DNA from: Opitutales bacterium
GTDB taxonomy: Bacteria; Verrucomicrobiota; Verrucomicrobiia; Opitutales; PNEW01
Direction of reading: 5' to 3'
DNA length: 32,000 bases
NCBI GenBank assembly: GCA_965219535.1
Contig: CBDCNV010000002.1
Location: 1,470,001-1,502,000, forward strand
Shown here: one piece after another, positions 9,040-16,852 of the stretch
Layout: every line of letters begins with the position of its first letter
Numbering within the stretch: the stretch's first letter is position 1
Program-made: the position numbers and the translations under genes
Notes under the pieces: model-generated
What the model saw: the letters and a program-made list of their open reading frames with translations, nothing else
Database searches by the model: none
Told to the model about the DNA's origin: nothing

Positions 9040-9185
9040 GTTGAAGACGTGGAGAAAGAATAGCCACCAGCCGTCGCCAAGGCTATGGCCGGCAGGCAAG
9101 AGGCACAAGAAAGAATTGCACCGCAGAGGCGTAGAAGGCGAGGGAGTAATCAGTGAACAGTGAACGGTGAACAGTGAACAGTTGG

Positions 9186-9224
9186 GGAGTTGCGGATTTA
9201 TTATAATAATGCTAACTATTCTTA
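9186..9224 (+). promoter_or_regulatory. Conserved ~40-nt AT-rich module GAGTTGCGGATTTATTATAATAATGCTAACTATTCTTACC containing TATAAT (9202-9207); candidate promoter for the HAD gene
   Basis: The same module occurs at 12843-12886 (upstream of the VOC gene at 12972) and at 10283-10322 (no downstream plus-strand gene). No convincing -35 lies at 16-18 nt spacing. Confidence 0.3.
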
Positions 9225-9329
9225 CCTGAACCCTGAACCCTGAACCCTGAACCCTGAACCCTGAACCCTGAACCCTGAACCCTGAACCCTGAACCCTGAA
9301 CCCTGAACCCTGAACCCTGAACCCTGAAC
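9225..9329 (+). repeat. Perfect heptanucleotide microsatellite (CCTGAAC)x15, ending 4 nt before the HAD start codon
   Basis: I counted 15 uninterrupted units from 9225 to 9329. Confidence 0.95.
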
Positions 9330-9333
9330 CCCA

Positions 9334-10029
9334 ATGGAAAAATTAGAAAACATCAAAGCCCTAACCTTTGACCTCTTCGGGACGGTGCTCGATCTGGGAG
9401 GGAGTTTGAAGCCATTCATTGAGGAGTTTCTGAAAGAGAAGGGGTCTTCCGCGGATGCGGGGAAATTCTGGCAGCAGTGGCGTTATCGTCAAAGGATTGA
9501 ACAGTACCAGGACTCGCTCGTGATGTTGGGCCATAGTGGTTACCTGGAAACCGCACGCCGGGCTTTTGTCTATGTGCTTGGACTAAACCTCGTCGAGGCG
9601 TCGAAGGAAGAGGTGGACAATTTTATGGAGGCATGGATGGAATTGAACCCGTTTCCCGACGTCCTACCTGCATTGAAACAGCTATCTTCCCATTACAAGT
9701 TGGTCGCGCTTTCGAACGGCAACGCCTGGTTCCTCGAACATCTCGTTGCCAATCGTATCAAGTACGACTTCGACGCGGTGATATCAGTCGATACTTTCGG
9801 CGCATTCAAACCTCATCCCTCGGTTTACCGAGGAGCCGCCCGCATTCTCGAATTGGGGTTAGAGGAGATAATGATGGTCTCAACGAACTCGTTCGACGTG
9901 ATGGGAGCGCGTATGTGCGGCAATCGCGGAGCATTCGTCAATCGCGAAGCGCTTCCCTACGAGGATACACCGTATCAAGCGGATGTAATAGCAAAAGATT
10001 TCTCCGAGCTTTCTGACGTGCTCTTATGA
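9334..10029 (+). CDS. Haloacid dehalogenase type II / HAD-superfamily hydrolase
   Basis: 231-aa ORF. Motif I LTFDLFGTVLD, motif II ALSNGN, FKPHPSVY, and a distal STNSFDVMGA. The ATG follows directly after 15 CCTGAAC heptamers. Confidence 0.85.
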   Translation: MEKLENIKALTFDLFGTVLDLGGSLKPFIEEFLKEKGSSADAGKFWQQWRYRQRIEQYQDSLVMLGHSGYLETARRAFVYVLGLNLVEASKEEVDNFMEAWMELNPFPDVLPALKQLSSHYKLVALSNGNAWFLEHLVANRIKYDFDAVISVDTFGAFKPHPSVYRGAARILELGLEEIMMVSTNSFDVMGARMCGNRGAFVNREALPYEDTPYQADVIAKDFSELSDVLL

Positions 10030-10057
10030 GTCAAAGGTCGAAGGTCTAAAGTCGAAG
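10030..10057 (+). repeat. GTCNAAR heptamer array starting 1 nt after the HAD stop codon
   Basis: GTCAAAG GTCGAAG GTCTAAA GTCGAAG. Confidence 0.85.
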
Positions 10058-10162
10058 GGGGGGAGGAGCGCTGATGCGCGTGTTAGGTTTTAAGTTTTAG
10101 GTGTTAGGTGAAGAGATAGCCTCACTATCATTTGGGGATTTGTAATATCGGTTATACTTTTT

Positions 10163-10197
10163 ATCGAAATCGAAATCGAAATCGAAATCGAAATCGA
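10163..10197 (+). repeat. Hexanucleotide repeat (ATCGAA)x5 plus a partial unit
   Basis: Direct reading of ATCGAAATCGAAATCGAAATCGAAATCGAAATCGA. Confidence 0.9.
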
Positions 10198-10322
10198 TTC
10201 AGTGAACAGCCGTCGTCGCTTCGCTTCAGCCTTCGCCGAGGCTATGGCCTGACAAGATGGAGTGACAAGGTGAACGGTGGGAGAGTTGCTGATTTATTAT
10301 AATGGTGCTAACTCATTCTACC

Positions 10323-10378
10323 TGATATCCGACGTTTGATATCCGACGTTTGATATCCGACGTTTGATATCCGATGTT
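10323..10378 (+). repeat. 14-nt tandem repeat (TGATATCCGACGTT)x4, last unit with one mismatch
   Basis: Direct reading. It follows the TATAAT-containing module at 10283-10322. Confidence 0.9.
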
Positions 10379-10584
10379 TGATGTGCGAGATGTTGAACCT
10401 ACATCGTATATCGCATATCGGATATCGTACCGAGGACGAAGTCCGACATCTTCCAAATCGTATATCTTTCTCCCTGAACCGTGAACCGTGAACCCTAATA
10501 AAATAGACCAAGACGAAGAGGCAGACGAAGACAAAGAGGGCTTGCGCAATTTAAAACCTAACACCTAACACTTAAAACTTAAAC

Positions 10585-10606
10585 CTGCACTGCTATCGCA
10601 GTGCAG
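10585..10606 (-). terminator. 9-bp hairpin containing the PhyH stop codon (CTGCACTGC-GATA-GCAGTGCAG on the minus strand), followed by GTTTAAGTTTT
   Basis: Arms at 10585-10593 and 10598-10606. The stop TAG is at 10593-10595 (reverse complement). The downstream T-tract is weak. Confidence 0.4.
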
Positions 10607-11441
10607 TTTTATCATCTTCGATCATTTGTTGCCAGGCGGTTTGCTGGCGTTGGTGGAAGCCTTCATCGATGCCGAAGAGGCGGAGGATGCGGCGGTCATT
10701 GCGTTTGCGGGCGTCGGCGACGATCTTTTCGATGACGGGCGTCTCGAAGGTGTCGCGGTGGGGTAAGCCGATGCGGCAAATATAGCCGCTGATAAAGTAA
10801 CGGATTGCGCCAACGGTGTTGACCGTCCCGGTATGATAAAGATCACAGTGAGTAAAGACCATGTCGCCGGCTTTCAGTTCGACGAGCTTCTCATTGGGGT
10901 GGGGGTCCTTCAGCTTCTCTTCGGGAATCATCGTGTAATCGAGGTGCGACCCCGGGATGACGCGTAGCGGGCCCGACTCGGCGGTCATGTCCTGTAAATA
11001 AGTCAGGTAGTTACAGGCCATGGGGGGAGTGTAGTGTCGGGGTTCTTGCTTGTAGGGAAATTTGTGGCCCGCCCACTGCTCAGACTGATTAAAGGCGTCG
11101 CGGTGCCAGCCTGCGACCTCGCCTTTCCTCTTAACGTCCTCCGTGGGGTAACCGGAAATTTCCATGCCGTCCAATTGCACGTAGGGGCCCATGACCGCTT
11201 CCGCGAAGTCTAGCATTGTTGGGTTCACGATATGTTCACCCATCAGGGGTCCATAAGTCTCATGTGAGAGAATACCATTAATTGTCGCGCGCCAGCGTTC
11301 CGGTTTTTCGGCATGGCGACTTGTGAAGTCGGGATCCAGGAGAGCGCGCAGCGTCTCTACCTTCTCAGGGGGATAAAAGTTCCTGAAGATAGTATAACCA
11401 TCGAGTTCGTATTCAGCAACGCGTTGCTCTAAAGTGATCAT
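10593..11441 (-). CDS. PhyH-family Fe(II)/2OG dioxygenase
   Basis: 282-aa ORF. YELDGYTIFRNFY N-terminus, WHRD, VIPGSHLD, and a distal His in LYHTG. Confidence 0.8.
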   Translation of the reverse strand: MITLEQRVAEYELDGYTIFRNFYPPEKVETLRALLDPDFTSRHAEKPERWRATINGILSHETYGPLMGEHIVNPTMLDFAEAVMGPYVQLDGMEISGYPTEDVKRKGEVAGWHRDAFNQSEQWAGHKFPYKQEPRHYTPPMACNYLTYLQDMTAESGPLRVIPGSHLDYTMIPEEKLKDPHPNEKLVELKAGDMVFTHCDLYHTGTVNTVGAIRYFISGYICRIGLPHRDTFETPVIEKIVADARKRNDRRILRLFGIDEGFHQRQQTAWQQMIEDDKTALR

Positions 11442-11553
11442 TTTTGGATAGCCACAAAAAGCACAAAAGGCACAAGAGGGACAAGAATAAATTTAACCAC
11501 GAATGAACACGAATCGACACGAATAAAAGAGAGAAGAAATAGTAGTAACAAAT

Positions 11554-11723
11554 CAGGTAAAACACGATGCGTTATCTCAATAGCTCAGCATAGCTGAGCG
11601 CCAGATGTTTCCTACGCGTTTTTTTAAATTGTGATTTAAAAAAAGCGCTAGGGATCACCCGTAGTCAATCCACCCGCAAATGCGGGATGGATGACATTGA
11701 GATAAAGCATCGTGTTTCACCTG
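11554..11723 (-). repeat. Core element copy E (interior inverted relative to A-D and G-I)
   Basis: Hairpin order is reversed: GCTCAGC-ATA-GCTGAGC first, then the AT-rich hairpin, then GTCAATCCACCCGCA-AAT-GCGGGATGGATGAC. The flanks are in the same orientation as those of forward copies. Confidence 0.9.
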
Positions 11724-11900
11724 ATATTTCTTCCCGATCTTCCCGACTTTCCTGTAAAATTCTTTCTTTTCTTTTTTGTGTCTTCTGTGCCTTATGTGGC
11801 CAACTCTTCTTCTCCTTGCCCTGAGTTTAGTCGAAGAATGCGGTTCAAAATTTTAACCTTGAACCGTGTACCTTGAACCCTGAACCTTGCCGAAGGCAAA

Positions 11901-12734
11901 ATGAATATTACAGTATGCAAAACGGAAATGGAGTTCCCGGGGGAGGTGGGGGAGTTGAGGGAATCGAATGATCTTTTGGAGGATATGGATGGGCTCCATA
12001 AGCGGATCGAGGAGGATGGCTGTTTGCTTTTGCGCGATTTTCTCAATCGTGAGGATGTGCTCGCGGCAAAAGAAACATTCCGCAGGAAAATTGAGACAAC
12101 GAATGCGGGTAGTATTGAATTGAATTCTGAGCTTGTTGCCCATGAAGCAGAATTTGTAAAAGTATTTGAATCTCCCAGGCTCTTTGACTTTTTTGAAAAG
12201 TTTTTTGGAGAACCGGCGTTAACTTTCGATTTTAAATGGCTGCGACAAGTTACGCCCGGTAAATTCTCGGGACTGCACTTTGACAATGTCTATATGGGAC
12301 GGGGATCGGATCGTCTGCATACGGTCTGGGTGCCGATTGGTGATCTTACACCTGACCTCGGCACGCTGGTTCTCAATGTCGGTTCCCATAGTGAACGGAA
12401 GAAAAAGCTGATTGATACTTACGGGATGATGGATGTCGACCGCGACAAAGTAGCGGGCTGGTTTTCCCATGACCCGCGTGAGTACACGGAAAAATATGGC
12501 GGCCAGTGGCAGACCTCCAGATTCAAGGCGGGAGACATCGTCATCTTTACGATGTTTACGATGCACTGTTCGACGCTTAATCTCACCGACGGCGATCGCT
12601 ACAGCGGTGATATCCGTTTTCAACCCGCCAGTAATCCCGTCGATAATCGCTGGTACGGAAAAGACGCGCCCGGACATACGGCCGATGAAAATCAAAAATC
12701 AATGGAGGAGTTTAGGAGGGAATACGGAATTTAG
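11901..12734 (+). CDS. PhyH-family Fe(II)/2OG dioxygenase (third paralog-like member in the window)
   Basis: 277-aa ORF. DGCLLLRDFL N-terminus, an HxD in GLHFDNVY, NVGSHS, and a distal His in FTMHCS. Confidence 0.75.
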   Translation: MNITVCKTEMEFPGEVGELRESNDLLEDMDGLHKRIEEDGCLLLRDFLNREDVLAAKETFRRKIETTNAGSIELNSELVAHEAEFVKVFESPRLFDFFEKFFGEPALTFDFKWLRQVTPGKFSGLHFDNVYMGRGSDRLHTVWVPIGDLTPDLGTLVLNVGSHSERKKKLIDTYGMMDVDRDKVAGWFSHDPREYTEKYGGQWQTSRFKAGDIVIFTMFTMHCSTLNLTDGDRYSGDIRFQPASNPVDNRWYGKDAPGHTADENQKSMEEFRREYGI

Positions 12735-12747
12735 CTTGCTAAATTCC
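12726..12747 (+). other. 8-bp hairpin GGAATTTA-GCTTGC-TAAATTCC embedding the PhyH stop codon (TAG 12732-12734)
   Basis: Direct reading. No U-tract follows. Confidence 0.5.
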
Positions 12748-12749
12748 GT

Positions 12750-12781
12750 GTCAAAAGGTCAAAAAGTCAAAAAGTCAAAAT
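12750..12781 (+). repeat. GTCAAAAR octamer array (4 units), 16 nt after the PhyH stop
   Basis: GTCAAAAG GTCAAAAA GTCAAAAA GTCAAAAT. Confidence 0.85.
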
Positions 12782-12842
12782 GTGGGGGGAACTAGTAAAC
12801 AGCCGTCGTCGCTCTGCTATGACGTGCCAAGGTGAACAGTGT

Positions 12843-12886
12843 GGAGTTGCGGATTTATTATAATAGTGCGAACAATTCTTACCTGA
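12843..12886 (+). promoter_or_regulatory. Second copy of the TATAAT module (TATAAT at 12859-12864), upstream of the VOC gene at 12972
   Basis: GAGTTGCGGATTTATTATAATAGTGCGAACAATTCTTACCTGA, followed by degenerate CCTGAAC-type heptamers up to the ATG. Confidence 0.3.
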
Positions 12887-12971
12887 ACCCTGTACCGAGA
12901 GCGTAGCTCGACATCTTCCACCCTGAACCCTGAACCTTGAACCGTGAACGCTGAACCCGTATGGTGAATAT

Positions 12972-13328
12972 ATGAGGGAGTGGTATTCCAGACCGGTTTT
13001 TTTTGTCACGGATATGAAAAAGGCGTGTGACTTTTATTGTGAGGTCATGGGTTTTAAGGAAGCGTGGAGCTATGAGGATGAGGGGAAAAAGATAGTCGTG
13101 CAGATGACGCGTGGGAGTTGTGAAATCATCCTTAACGTGAATGCGAAACGCGCCGGGAATTCAAGACTGTTCATCGCGCTTGAGGTTGAAGAATTGAAAG
13201 TTTTGCAGAAAGAGATTGTTGAAAAATCGATAGAAACGAAAAATTTATTCTGGGGCTATCCCGTGATTGAGATTAAGGACCCGGATGGAAATGAGTTGTT
13301 GTTTCCGATAGAGGATAGGGAGCGCTAG
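12972..13328 (+). CDS. VOC superfamily protein (glyoxalase / bleomycin-resistance / dioxygenase fold)
   Basis: 118-aa ORF. FYCEVMGFKE near the N-terminus and IEIKDPDGNELLF near the C-terminus are classic VOC signatures. Confidence 0.8.
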   Translation: MREWYSRPVFFVTDMKKACDFYCEVMGFKEAWSYEDEGKKIVVQMTRGSCEIILNVNAKRAGNSRLFIALEVEELKVLQKEIVEKSIETKNLFWGYPVIEIKDPDGNELLFPIEDRER

Positions 13329-13443
13329 CGCGCCTCAAAAAGTCAAAAGGGGGGGACCAGTAAACAGTGAACAGTGAACAGTAAACAGTGGGAGCGCTGG
13401 GGCGCGCGTTAAGTTTTAGGTTGGACGATTCAGGATTCGATGT

Positions 13444-14887
13444 TTGTATTTTTCCCAATCCCAAATCCGCATTCCGACATCCGCAATTGAAATAACCGTG
13501 AACCGTGAACCCCGAACCTTGAACCCCAATATTATAATCATCTTTGCTGATGATTTGGGTTATGGGGACTTGGGTTGTTATGGATCGAAGGTGAATGTTA
13601 CGCCGCGGTTTGATCGGATGGCGGCGGAGGGGATGCGCTTCACTGATTTCTATGTTGCTTCACCGGTCTGTTCGCCATCGCGGGCTGCGTTGATGACTGG
13701 CTGTTATCCCAAGCGTATGGGTCTTGATTCGGGAACGGACTACGTGGTGTTGATGCCCGGGGACCCGATCGGCCTGGATGCTGAGAAATATACCCTTTCA
13801 CGGATGCTGAAGAATGCCGGTTACGCGACCAAGATCATAGGGAAGTGGCACCTTGGAGATCAGCCGGAGTTTCTTCCCGCGCGCCATGGATTTGACAGTT
13901 ATTTCGGCCTGCCCTACAGCAACGACATGTTACCGGATCACCCGAACAATGATAGTTATCATTTTCCGCCACTGCCCCTGATGAAAGATGAAGAAGTAAT
14001 GGAGGTAGACCCCAACCAGGCGTCATTAACGGATCGTTACACGGCTGAGGCCATCCGCTTCATCGAAGAGAACGCCGGGAACAATACTCCTTTCTTTCTC
14101 TACCTGCCCCACATGTACGTGCATATCCCTATTCATACCCCGATGAAGTACGACATAGCTTCAAAAAACGGAGTCTACGGCGCGGCGGTGGAGCACATGG
14201 ACGACAGCACGGGCTGTATTCTCGACACCCTGGAACGGATGGGTATCGATGAGAACACCCTCGTTATCTTCACTTCAGACAATGGATCGAGCTGCAGGGA
14301 AGGGGGGAGTAACACGCCTCTTCGTGGCACCAAGGGCACAACCTGGGAAGGCGGCATGCGCGAACCGTGCCTTATACGTTGGCCGGGAAAGATACCGGCC
14401 GGGTCAAGCTGTAATGAAATCACCACGACAATGGACCTGCTGCCAACGCTGACAAAACTTGCGAACGGGTTTATCCCGGACGATCACGTTATGGACGGGA
14501 AGGACATCTCTCCACTCATGCTGGGGAAAGACAGACGCCCGTAGTCCACATGCAGCCTTCTTCTATTATGGGACAGGAGACCACACCCTTCACGCGGTGC
14601 GCAACGGTAAGTGGAAGTTGCATCTGCTGCTCAATGAGCTCTATGACCTCGAGCGTGATATCGGTGAAGAACGAAACGTGTTCGTTGATCACCCCGAAAT
14701 AGTAGCGAAGCTTACAGCCCTGGCCGACGGTTGTCGAAAAGAACTGGGTGACGCCCACACGAATTCAGAAGGCAGTGGCTGCCAACCAGTAGGACACGTA
14801 AAGGACCCACAGACGCTCACATCATTAGATACGATGGATCCGATTATTCGCGCGATGTATGATTTGGATGACGCGCCAGGGCGCTAG
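13444..14887 (+). pseudogene. Formylglycine-dependent sulfatase (arylsulfatase family) interrupted by a 1-nt frameshift near 14527-14530
   Basis: IIIIFADDLGYGDLGCYGS plus the CSPSRAALMTG (CxPxR) motif lie in the 13444-14544 frame. The canonical C-terminus SPHAAFFYYGTG..AVRNGKWKLHL..LYDLERDIGEERNV continues in the +1 frame (14459-14887 ORF). The junction is at GGGGAAAG. No signal peptide is present, and the first ~25 codons are made of GTGAACC/CCTGAAC-type repeats. Confidence 0.75.
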
Positions 14888-14907
14888 CGTTGACATGCGT
14901 CAACGCT
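14886..14907 (+). other. 9-bp hairpin AGCGTTGAC-ATGC-GTCAACGCT overlapping the sulfatase stop codon
   Basis: Direct reading. TAG is at 14885-14887. Confidence 0.5.
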
Positions 14908-15086
14908 CGTCAAAAAGTCACCAGCCGTCGCCAAGGCTGTGGGCGTCAGGCAAAAAAGAAATTTACACCGCGGAGGTGGAGATTGAGAGTAGATAGTCAC
15001 TTTATCAAAGGGGTATCAGTGAAAAAAACCACGAATGAACACGAATAGGCACGAATAAAAGAGAGAAGAAATAGTAGTAACAAGAT

Positions 15087-15256
15087 CAGGTGAAACACGA
15101 TGCTTTATCTCAATAGCTCAGCATAGCTGAGCGCCAGATGTTTCCTACGCGTTTTTTTAAATTGTGATTTAAAAAAAGCGCTAGGGATCACCCGTAGTCA
15201 ATCCACCCGCAAATGCGGGATGGATGACATTGAGATAAAGCATCGTGTTTCACCTG
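15087..15256 (-). repeat. Core element copy F (interior inverted)
   Basis: The last ~142 nt are identical to copy E. The right flank CTTTCTTTCCGAACTTCCCGGCCTTCCTGTAAAAG matches the right flank of forward copy H. Confidence 0.9.
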
Positions 15257-15473
15257 ATCTTTCTTTCCGAACTTCCCGGCCTTCCTGTAAAAGTCTTTTT
15301 TGTGCTTTTGGAAGATCTAGCTTTGCTCTGGTAGTGACCAATTTATTTTATTTTTAAAATTACATTCGTGTTCATTCGTGGTCAATTATTTCGTATTTCC
15401 TTTATGAACTATTGACGTTTTAACCTTTTCACTCATCCATAACATAAACATAAAATTCAATTAGGAGAACCCT

Positions 15474-15836
15474 ATGTTAAAAAAAATAATTCCCAACGTA
15501 TTTTATGAGGATATTGAGGTGGGGCTTAGGCTGTTTGTGAAAACGTTAGGGTTTTCGGTGACCCATGAGGACCGTGAGGCGGAACAACCTTTGATTGTGG
15601 TGGAGAGGGATTCGGTGAAAGTGCATTTAGTAGAAAATGCTGAATATGCGGTGAAGGATCGTCCAGAAATACGCATCGAGACGGACGATATTGAAGCGGT
15701 CTATAAAGAGGTCGTGGCGAATAACAAAGATTACCTTCATCCCAATTCAAGTGGTCCCACTCTCCGGCCCTGGGGCTGTACTGAATTTGCACTTCTTGAT
15801 GAAACGAAAGTGTGTGTTATTATTCAGGAGTGGTAG
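15474..15836 (+). CDS. VOC superfamily protein (glyoxalase/bleomycin-resistance-like)
   Basis: 120-aa ORF with an AGGAG Shine-Dalgarno 8 nt upstream of the ATG. VFYEDIEVGLRLFVKTLGF is VOC-like at the N-terminus. Length and pattern fit a single VOC domain pair. Confidence 0.7.
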   Translation: MLKKIIPNVFYEDIEVGLRLFVKTLGFSVTHEDREAEQPLIVVERDSVKVHLVENAEYAVKDRPEIRIETDDIEAVYKEVVANNKDYLHPNSSGPTLRPWGCTEFALLDETKVCVIIQEW

Positions 15837-15855
15837 CGCGCCAGCACTGGCGCGC
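15836..15855 (+). other. 9-bp GC hairpin GCGCGCCAG-CA-CTGGCGCGC overlapping the last base of the VOC stop codon
   Basis: Direct reading. TAG is at 15834-15836. Confidence 0.5.
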
Positions 15856-16177
15856 GTCAAAAAGTCACCAGCCGTCGCCAAGGCTATGGCCGGCAGGAAA
15901 GGTCAAAAAGTCAAAAAAGGGGGGGAACCGGAAGGCCTGAGGGCCGGAAAACCAGAAAACCGGATGATTGGAGGACTAATTCCGACTTCAGCGGTTGCAG
16001 ATCGGTCATTGCTTCGGTTAAGGTGTGACCATCCTTTGCCTACGTTGTCACTAGGCTACGGACGGCAGGCAAGTTGCAGATTTATCCTAACGGTGTAATC
16101 GGTTCTTTCCTGAACCCTGAACCCTGAACCCTGTACCGAGAGCGTAGCTCGACATCTTCCACCCTGAACCCAAACGC

Positions 16178-16205
16178 TTTCGACTTTGGACCTTAGACTT
16201 TCGAC
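16178..16205 (-). repeat. GTCNAAR array abutting the stop of the minus-strand membrane-protein gene, in that gene's sense orientation
   Basis: The reverse complement reads TAA GTCGAAA GTCTAAG GTCCAAA GTCGAAA. Confidence 0.85.
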
Positions 16206-16676
16206 TTATTTCCCCCTTCTGAGGAGGCGGATGAAGATCATGAAATGGGTGACGAGGAGTAAGGGGACAACGAATGTTGGAATGTACCAGGTTGCTCCTA
16301 AACTTGGGACGACGTCGGCGTGGCGGAGGGCATTTAAAAGGTCTACGGTACCTACGATATTGAAGATCCAGACTAAGGGGAACGTGATTCGCCATCGTCC
16401 TCGAAGCGCTAGCATACATATTATGGCAAGCAGGCCGCTGAGTAGATCCCCATAAGCCGCAGCGTTGGCAAAAAAGGTCGGCAACGGATGGGCATTTACG
16501 CCCGGGACAAGAAACATCAGCCCTAAATGACGGAAGGCATGAGGGATTAGCAGTAGGGTTAATGCCTGGTTGATGGGTTTATTTACCAGCCATGGCGCCA
16601 AGTACCACTTCGCAAGAAGAGAGTAGACAATAATACTCAGGACAAGCTGCAGAGCAAAAACTTCTAGAGCTTCCAT
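16206..16676 (-). CDS. Hypothetical integral membrane protein (about 4 TM helices)
   Basis: 156-aa ORF with a GGAGGT Shine-Dalgarno 6 nt upstream of the ATG. It contains four long hydrophobic stretches. No family recognised. Confidence 0.6.
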   Translation of the reverse strand: MEALEVFALQLVLSIIVYSLLAKWYLAPWLVNKPINQALTLLLIPHAFRHLGLMFLVPGVNAHPLPTFFANAAAYGDLLSGLLAIICMLALRGRWRITFPLVWIFNIVGTVDLLNALRHADVVPSLGATWYIPTFVVPLLLVTHFMIFIRLLRRGK

Positions 16677-16757
16677 CGGGTTACCTCCAAGTTGGAATTA
16701 ATAAATCAGGACCTTTGTCTAAATAATGCTAAGTATGGAGGGAAGGCAATGAATTAA

Positions 16758-16789
16758 GTCAAAAAGTCAAAAGGTCAAAAAGTCAAAAA
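16758..16789 (+). repeat. GTCAAAAR octamer array (4 units)
   Basis: Preceded by TAA. Followed by GGGGG, a GCGC hairpin word and TTAGGTKT octamers. Confidence 0.85.
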
Positions 16790-16852
16790 GGGGGATGCGC
16801 GGTAGCGCGTGTTAAGTTTTAAGTGTTAGGTTTTAGGTAATTGACTTAAAAC

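Noticed and set aside
9225-9329. Telomere-like repeat (CCCTGAA heptamers) indicating a linear replicon end.
   Set aside because: The tract is internal, flanked by ordinary genes on both sides, and is one of many different short-period arrays in the window.
9222-9419. ORFs lying inside microsatellites and word arrays. Examples: 9222-9419 (GSGFRVQ repeats), 28652-28939 (CSLFTVH repeats), 10308-10564, 12767-13009, 16087-16419.
   Set aside because: Their protein sequences are simply translations of perfect short-period DNA repeats. They have no start context and they overlap real genes or spacers. I treat them as artefacts of repeat periodicity.
9225-10378. CRISPR array.
   Set aside because: The repeats are 6-14 nt and directly tandem, with no unique spacers of 25-40 nt. 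No cas genes are in the window.
14521-14545. Programmed +1 ribosomal frameshift in the sulfatase at GGG AAA G.
   Set aside because: P-site slippage from AAA to AAG is conceivable. However, there is no recognisable stimulatory element such as a rare or stop codon in the A site or an upstream SD-like sequence. A single-base indel in a short homopolymer is the simpler explanation.
9000-15900. Integron gene-cassette array with the ~170-nt palindromic elements acting as attC sites.
   Set aside because: Genes and elements are in mixed orientations. The element ends (CAGGTGAAAC / GTTTCACCTG) do not fit the RYYYAAC / GTTRRRY core sites. Many gene junctions lack the element. No intI or attI is present.
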